A DNA stretch of 64,000 bases, taken from a virus. The DNA lies in IMG/VR virus record IMGVR_UViG_3300042922_000923, positions 67,111 to 131,110 of that record. One strand, 5' to 3'. Below the pieces are notes generated by a model, which saw only the letters and a list, made by a program, of their open reading frames with translations, did not search any database and was not told where the DNA came from. The position numbers were made by a program, and so were the translations under genes. The number at the start of each line of letters is the position of its first letter. Position 1 is the stretch's first letter. Below, in pieces: positions 58,544 through 64,000 of this stretch.

Positions 58544-58576
58544 AAATAAAATTTAATTTAGAAGGAGAAGATTATT

Positions 58577-59134
58577 ATGGGTACTTTAACAAAAAAACAA
58601 GAAGGAATAATTTCTAAGGTGGTTAATTCAGAGACTATAGCTAAAGACTGGTTAAAGACTCCTTTTAAGACTACTAATGGAATTTTAGCTTGCGATGGAT
58701 ACAGAGTATTATCAAAATCTATTAATGCTAGTGAAGTTTCTGGAGACTACAAGTATGTTACTAGGTTTCTAGAACAGGATGACAAATTAAAAGTTGTTGA
58801 TATTAAATTAAAAAGAACTGAGGTTATAAAGGCGATAACAGGTACTAAAAATGATGTAATAGTACTTACTTCTACAGGTTCAAAATTTGAGATTATAAAT
58901 ATAGTACAAAATAAAGTACTCTATGAAACTGAGTTTAAAGGTAAAAAGTGTTATATAGGTATAAATGCTAAATATCTTAGGGATGCATTAAACTTTATAA
59001 GCAGCAAGGAAGTAGAAATATCTTTTGGAAACAAAATATCACAAATCACATTTCTAGCTCCTGAGTATAATTGCATGGTGTTACCAATAAGATTATGTAA
59101 TAAAGAATGGATAGCTAATGTAGAGAACAGATAA
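58577..59134 (+). CDS. DNA polymerase III beta-clamp-like protein (partial, C-terminal domains)
   Basis: ACDGYRV (cf. ATDGHRL), IGINAKYLRDAL (cf. IGFNxxYLxDAL) and MVLPIRL (cf. LVMPxR). Confidence 0.65.
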   Translation: MGTLTKKQEGIISKVVNSETIAKDWLKTPFKTTNGILACDGYRVLSKSINASEVSGDYKYVTRFLEQDDKLKVVDIKLKRTEVIKAITGTKNDVIVLTSTGSKFEIINIVQNKVLYETEFKGKKCYIGINAKYLRDALNFISSKEVEISFGNKISQITFLAPEYNCMVLPIRLCNKEWIANVENR

Positions 59135-59203
59135 GTTTCTAAGGGATTTTACTTAAAAGTCCCTCTCCATATAATAATTAAAATAATGAAAGGAATGATT
59201 AAC

Positions 59204-59410
59204 ATGTTTAAAAAGTATAAAACATATGAAAGTTTGGAAGGAAAGGTATCAAAGGCATTAAATAAGTCTTTAGGTATGATGAAAGGACTTAATTTAGCTT
59301 CTGCTATGATAGCTGTAGAGGTTTGGGATAATGCAAAACAAGAGCAAAGAGTCCCAACTGATAGAGATATTTCAAGAGGGATCTATGAGTTTTTTGGTAG
59401 TGTTAGATAA
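59204..59410 (+). CDS. Small hypothetical protein
   Basis: ORF after AAGGA; followed by a hairpin and U-run at about 59428-59471. Confidence 0.6.
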   Translation: MFKKYKTYESLEGKVSKALNKSLGMMKGLNLASAMIAVEVWDNAKQEQRVPTDRDISRGIYEFFGSVR

Positions 59411-59564
59411 TAAATATTTGTACTTCTAAGTGGATAATAGCTTAAATAATTAGAGCTTTGTCCACTTTTTTATATCTATAGGGACAAAACTGTGCAATTT
59501 GCTAATAGTGTGACATATAATACTATAAGGTAATTAATACTGTATTAAAATTGGAGTGTGTTAT

Positions 59565-59777
59565 ATGTCAAAAGAAAATTTAATTAAGTGGGTTATTGGA
59601 GTACTAGGAGTTTTCTTTATACCTCCAGTAGTATCCTTTATACTTGGTATACTTTTAATAATAGCCTCTACAGAAGAACTAAATATTAAGTTTGGAAATC
59701 TTAAGCTATATGGAAGTTACTGTATACTTGCTGGTTTGTGTTCCTGTGTTCTTACACTATTTTCAGGTAGAATTTAG
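59565..59777 (+). CDS. Small membrane protein
   Basis: Hydrophobic segments; GGAG RBS. Confidence 0.6.
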   Translation: MSKENLIKWVIGVLGVFFIPPVVSFILGILLIIASTEELNIKFGNLKLYGSYCILAGLCSCVLTLFSGRI

Positions 59778-59966
59778 AATACAATGTGGAGATGATTAGT
59801 GATGATAGCAAGAGAAGCGCATGATAAAAATGTAATTAATTTAAATTTATATAAGCTGCAACTAGCTTATGAAGAGTTACAAGATAGTAAAATTAAAGAC
59901 TCTAAAGAAGTACACCAGATGAAAAATATAAAAAGTTTATAATAGAAAGAAGGATGTACTAAGCTT

Positions 59967-61538
59967 ATGAATACAAATGATTTTATGTATGCTACTAGAA
60001 ATAATGATAAAGAATTGTATAGAAAAAGTAAGAAAAAACCTTCTCCAGTATGGGAAAAATACATTCCTAACAAGTGTTCATGGGAAGTTACTAATGTATC
60101 GCTGCTTAAAGAATGTAAACTTATAAACATAGACCAAATGCTTGAAGCAAAATATAAACTTGATCAAAATTCTCACCCTGAAAATGGTGCTGATTACTTT
60201 GGAAGATATGTTTACTTTGAAAATTCTAATAATCTATACAAAGTAGTAAACTCTGACCTTGAATGTGATAAGTATATTGGAAATGGTAACTGGAAGAGTA
60301 AAGCTACTAAGATTACTCTAATAGGTGCAGTAAATAATGTTGTTAATGACAACACAGCTAAAAATATTATTATACCTAAACTTGACTTAGAATTTAATGG
60401 TATTCCACAGACAAAGACACCTAAGAAGACAGCTAGTGTTACTATTACTGAAAGAGAGTACCCTGACTTAACTGGAAAGTTCTTTATGCATGATGGTAGA
60501 TTATTCAAAGCTGTAGAGTTTAACAAGGCCAGAAACTTTAAAGATAGATATCGCTGTTTAGTTTTTGTAGAAAGTTCTAGTCTCTGGAAACATGCAGGAT
60601 TCTTTTTACCTGATACAATAGGGGATACAATAATATCAGAAGAAGAAGCTGCTAAGTTTATAGAAAAGATTAAGGATGCTAACGTAGTAAATGGCTTGAA
60701 GGTTAAATTTAATGTAACAAGTGCAGAGGCTGAAAAAATGAAAGATAATATGGAAGCAGCTAAAAAAGATATTGAAGATGTAGCTAGAAAGGAAATTGAA
60801 AAGCTTAAAGATAGTACTTCTCAAGATGATATCCTTAAACAGTTAGGTATAACAGCTGGAATACCTTTTGTATATTCAGGACAGTTATACAAAGTTGCTG
60901 AAAATCCTTATTTAGATTCTCCTGGTGCAGTAAATGTTTATATGTGGAATGATAAACATGGAGTATGGGTGGATGACCATGTATGTGGGGCACTTACAGT
61001 AAGTGATAATAAAATTACAGAAAATGCAGCAATTAAAATAATTCAAGGAAGCTGTGAAAAGTTACTTAAGAGTAGTGTACCTTATGAAGAAGCAACTGAG
61101 TACTTTGAAGGAAAATCGCATGTTAATATGGATAGTACAGCTTCTCCAAAACCTAATCTTGAAGCTAAAGAAGCTGATACTGAAGAAGAACTATTTAAAA
61201 AGTCTATTAGTATTAAGGTACCTGTAACATTATCTGAAGGATCTATGATTAGAGCTAATATAGATGGTATTAATACAAGATGTATTATTAATAATATTAT
61301 TGGACCTGAAGATAGTAATATTACTGTAGAAGTTTTTAGAGCAGAGTCTATAGCAGACTTATTTGAGGAAATAAAAGTAGTAAAATTAAGTAAAGATAGA
61401 GTAACTCAGTTAATTCAGGGTAAGCTTGAAGAGGTTTATGTTTCACTTAAGTATGCTGATGTTGAAAATGAAAAGGCTAAGTATGTTTATATGCCAGTAT
61501 CTCAGCTTGAAAAAAATATTTGTGCAGATTGGAGGTAG
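59967..61538 (+). CDS. Large hypothetical protein
   Basis: 523-aa ORF with AAGGA RBS; no recognised motif. Confidence 0.7.
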   Translation: MNTNDFMYATRNNDKELYRKSKKKPSPVWEKYIPNKCSWEVTNVSLLKECKLINIDQMLEAKYKLDQNSHPENGADYFGRYVYFENSNNLYKVVNSDLECDKYIGNGNWKSKATKITLIGAVNNVVNDNTAKNIIIPKLDLEFNGIPQTKTPKKTASVTITEREYPDLTGKFFMHDGRLFKAVEFNKARNFKDRYRCLVFVESSSLWKHAGFFLPDTIGDTIISEEEAAKFIEKIKDANVVNGLKVKFNVTSAEAEKMKDNMEAAKKDIEDVARKEIEKLKDSTSQDDILKQLGITAGIPFVYSGQLYKVAENPYLDSPGAVNVYMWNDKHGVWVDDHVCGALTVSDNKITENAAIKIIQGSCEKLLKSSVPYEEATEYFEGKSHVNMDSTASPKPNLEAKEADTEEELFKKSISIKVPVTLSEGSMIRANIDGINTRCIINNIIGPEDSNITVEVFRAESIADLFEEIKVVKLSKDRVTQLIQGKLEEVYVSLKYADVENEKAKYVYMPVSQLEKNICADWR

Positions 61539-61547
61539 GACAGCAGC

Positions 61548-61649
61548 ATGACTAAGCCTGAACGTTTTGCAATAGGAATGATTATTAGTGGAATTTTAAT
61601 GATGGCAGCTGGAATAACTTTGCTCATAGCAACCATAGAGAAATTTTAA
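61548..61649 (+). CDS. 33-aa single-TM peptide (not in ORF track)
   Basis: MTKPERFAIGMIISGILMMAAGITLLIATIEKF after GGAGGTAGGA. Confidence 0.5.
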   Translation: MTKPERFAIGMIISGILMMAAGITLLIATIEKF

Positions 61650-61668
61650 ACATAGAAGGTGCAGGAAT

Positions 61669-61773
61669 ATGAGAAAACAACTTAGTACCAAGGCACTAGG
61701 AACAATATTGATCGTTGAGGGAATACTGATGGTAGTAGCTCAGTTGTTTATAGTACCTCTGCTAATGAAATGA
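61669..61773 (+). CDS. 34-aa single-TM peptide (not in ORF track)
   Basis: MRKQLSTKALGTILIVEGILMVVAQLFIVPLLMK after AAGGTG. Confidence 0.45.
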   Translation: MRKQLSTKALGTILIVEGILMVVAQLFIVPLLMK

Positions 61774-61779
61774 TGTATA

Positions 61780-61804
61780 GGGAGCGCGCTGTCGCTCCTT
61801 TTTT
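61780..61804 (+). terminator. Intrinsic terminator
   Basis: gggagcg-cgctgt-cgctcctttttt. Confidence 0.8.
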
Positions 61805-62002
61805 GTTAGCTGGAACGATTTTGCGAAATTTTTAAAACTTTTATTTTCTTTTTAAAGTAGAAGGAATTATTCTATTCTAAAAAAATATTTTAAAAAATTA
61901 TGAAAAAATTTTAATTTTTTATATAAGTGTTTCTATATTATTATGGTTTCTATATTCTTTTCCGACTACTTAAGGGTGTTATTTTGCCCCAAATCAGTCT
62001 AG

Positions 62003-62168
62003 GACTAGGGTAATTAGGGGACCCTATTTTAAAGTAGGTCCCCAGATTGGTCTACCCCCAAACCCACATAGAAACTCCTAAGAACCCAGTATTTACTGGA
62101 AAAGTCATTTTTGGAAAAATGCAAAAAGGGGTGGTCGGGCAATTTTACTCCGACTAGGGTAATTAGGG
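62003..62168 (+). repeat. 17-bp direct repeat GACTAGGGTAATTAGGG
   Basis: Exact copies at 62003-62019 and 62152-62168. Confidence 0.85.
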
Positions 62169-62259
62169 TACTCATATAGTCCCTAGTTTTACACACGTAT
62201 AAAATATTTATGTACTAAAAAGGTATCTTATTATTAAAGAAGAATAAGAGCAAGAAGAG

Positions 62260-63105
62260 GTGAAACTAATGCTGCCTACACATAAGATAGTACCTTTTAT
62301 TAAGCTACCAAATAAACTTGTCTGGGCCAGGCATAAAAACAACAATGAAAAAACATTAATTCAGGATGCACTTGAAATAATAGGTGATGCTTCCACAGCT
62401 TCTATGCTTCCTGAAATACTAGCACAACTAAATTGGAGAGTAACAAGACTATCTACTTGCAACTTTACCATAGCGGGCCTAGTAAAATCATGTGGCTATG
62501 TACCTAAGACAGGAAACAATAAGTCTATTAACAAGTTTAGAGAAATACTTATGCTTCTACAGGAATGGAAATATTTAATTAATGTGCAGCTTGAAGAAGG
62601 AGAGACAATGGAAACAATATCTGCCTCTTCAGAAATAACATGCGAAATAGATAATAGATTTTTAAAAAAAGGTGAAGAGGACATAGAATTTTTTACTGTA
62701 GATCTCAGTGTGTATAATACTCTATCAAAGTTAAATATTTCATCAGCTTCTAAAAGAAATGCAATTAATATATATTTCTATATTTCGGCCAGAATATTAT
62801 CAGCTTCTCCAGTATCAGAAAATCATTCAAAAGATTCTATTAGGAACTATTGTTATTTTGGACAGACAGAAATAGCTACCAGTCTACAGATAAGTAAAAG
62901 CACAGTAGTATCATGTTTAAAAGTTTTAGGAGATTCAAAGTTAGTGTACTATGGTAACATAGGATCTATATCAGGAAAGAATAGCAAAGGTGAACAGGGT
63001 GCAGTATACGCTACTAACATATATGCAAAAACACCAGAAGGATTAAAACAGGGATTAAGTTATAGTAAAAGCTTTCATGAGAAACGTAAAGGAGGTAAGG
63101 ACTAA
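62260..63105 (+). CDS. Winged-HTH DNA-binding protein (replication-initiator-like)
   Basis: YCYFGQTEIATSLQISKSTVVSCLKVL..SKLV...ATNIY. Confidence 0.55.
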   Translation: MKLMLPTHKIVPFIKLPNKLVWARHKNNNEKTLIQDALEIIGDASTASMLPEILAQLNWRVTRLSTCNFTIAGLVKSCGYVPKTGNNKSINKFREILMLLQEWKYLINVQLEEGETMETISASSEITCEIDNRFLKKGEEDIEFFTVDLSVYNTLSKLNISSASKRNAINIYFYISARILSASPVSENHSKDSIRNYCYFGQTEIATSLQISKSTVVSCLKVLGDSKLVYYGNIGSISGKNSKGEQGAVYATNIYAKTPEGLKQGLSYSKSFHEKRKGGKD

Positions 63106-63356
63106 TGAAGCCAGCGACAGTAAAGTATATTCTATTTGAATATTTATATAGAGTTATAGATGACGAATACATTTTTGAATACGACTGGACAAATGATACT
63201 TGGTGGTTCTGCAAAGGTAGTACCATGTTAGTCTTACTTCCTGGAGAAGAAATATCAGAAGAGGATGCTATAGTAAAAGCTGAGGAATTTAGAAAGAATT
63301 TAAAAGATGAACCATACGTAAGAAAATATGCTTTGAGTAAGTATTTTCAAATATAA
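63105..63356 (+). CDS. Hypothetical protein
   Basis: Coupled ORF with GGAGG; followed by terminator gagagg-aaatta-cctctctttttt. Confidence 0.6.
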   Translation: MKPATVKYILFEYLYRVIDDEYIFEYDWTNDTWWFCKGSTMLVLLPGEEISEEDAIVKAEEFRKNLKDEPYVRKYALSKYFQI

Positions 63357-63963
63357 CATGGAGAGGAAATTACCTCTCTTTTTTGTTTTTATATCCAAAG
63401 TTATTTCGCTAAATAATAATTTAGCGAAATAGAAGCCAAAGCGTTAGTAGGTTCTCATTGATTCTGATGAAATTTTGGATTTGAAAATTATCTTAGGCAT
63501 ACATTTCTACCTGTAGAGGCTGTTCAAATTCAAACTTTTTCAGAAATACTTGGTGTTCTACTGCATAATTTTTGAGCTACAGGACACACTATTATTATAA
63601 AAGTATTAGCTTGGTTACTTTTTACTTGCATATGTATGAAAAATTTACTTGACAAATAGAAAAAATTTGGGTTGCATGAGAAGATAATTTTGTCGAATAG
63701 CACATTTGCATACATATGCATTTTATATGTACAATTATACATGAACTTCTAATATGGTATACTAAACCGTTTTTCATGTATCTTAACCAACATATAGGTG
63801 TATACAACACATTTTATGTGGTATCCAATACGAGATGCGAGTTGGAACGCTCCCTTTTTATCACGATGTGATAGTATGGAGCTAACATACTCCTTTTTGA
63901 AAACTTATGTTCCTCTATAAATGCTATACTCCTTAAAAAATCCCCTGCACTCCTATTGCTCCT

Positions 63964-63995
63964 ACTAGATACTTACTAGGTACTTACTAGGTACT
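63964..63995 (+). repeat. 11-bp tandem repeat ACTAGRTACTT (about 3 copies)
   Basis: actagatactt-actaggtactt-actaggtact near the window end. Confidence 0.7.
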
Positions 63996-64000
63996 GGTTC

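Noticed and set aside
52881-58576. CRISPR array interpretation of the intergenic repeats
   Set aside because: The intervening sequences are whole ORFs several hundred bp long, the repeats vary with structural covariation, and no cas genes are present
52881-58576. Integron attC sites
   Set aside because: No RYYYAAC/GTTRRRY boundaries and no integrase in the window; the ribozyme consensus explains the conservation better
909-63810. Short antisense or overlapping ORFs in the track (e.g. 909-1244, 4927-5163, 7841-8062, 21928-22260, 48155-48472, 57130-57399, 60212-60526, 63530-63810)
   Set aside because: Mostly shadows of longer genes on the other strand or frame; no RBS and atypical composition
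63800-63900. Possible tRNA or ncRNA in the GC-richer patch near the window end
   Set aside because: No cloverleaf or TTCRA T-loop could be built; only a weak hairpin with a U-run
1-64000. Prophage or integration features
   Set aside because: No integrase, att site or flanking host housekeeping genes in the window; lifestyle cannot be determined from this segment

Overview
A 64-kb, AT-rich segment of a large contractile-tailed bacteriophage with SPO1/Twort-like (Herelleviridae-type) gene order. The host is probably a Firmicute (Clostridium-like), inferred from low GC, strong GGAGG ribosome-binding sites, sigma-A promoters and cell-wall-binding repeats. The minus strand from about 1.5 to 45.5 kb carries a near-complete virion and lysis module: terminase, portal, protease, capsid, neck, sheath, tube, chaperones, tape measure, baseplate, fibres, holin and endolysin. 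The plus strand from about 45.6 to 64 kb carries a sigma-like factor, redox genes and an early, host-takeover-like region of small genes. The standout feature is at 52.9-58.5 kb. Ten of the gene junctions there are occupied by small self-cleaving ribozymes: 8 pistol-class and 2 type-I hammerheads, with strong compensatory covariation. Each is predicted to cut 33-43 nt upstream of the next start codon, in front of a conserved A/U-rich leader and Shine-Dalgarno. The operon is driven by tandem sigma-A promoters followed by an rrn-like boxA. It looks like a ribozyme-punctuated gene-cassette array that processes a polycistronic early transcript into mostly single-gene RNAs. All calls come from reading the sequence by eye; no searches were run.
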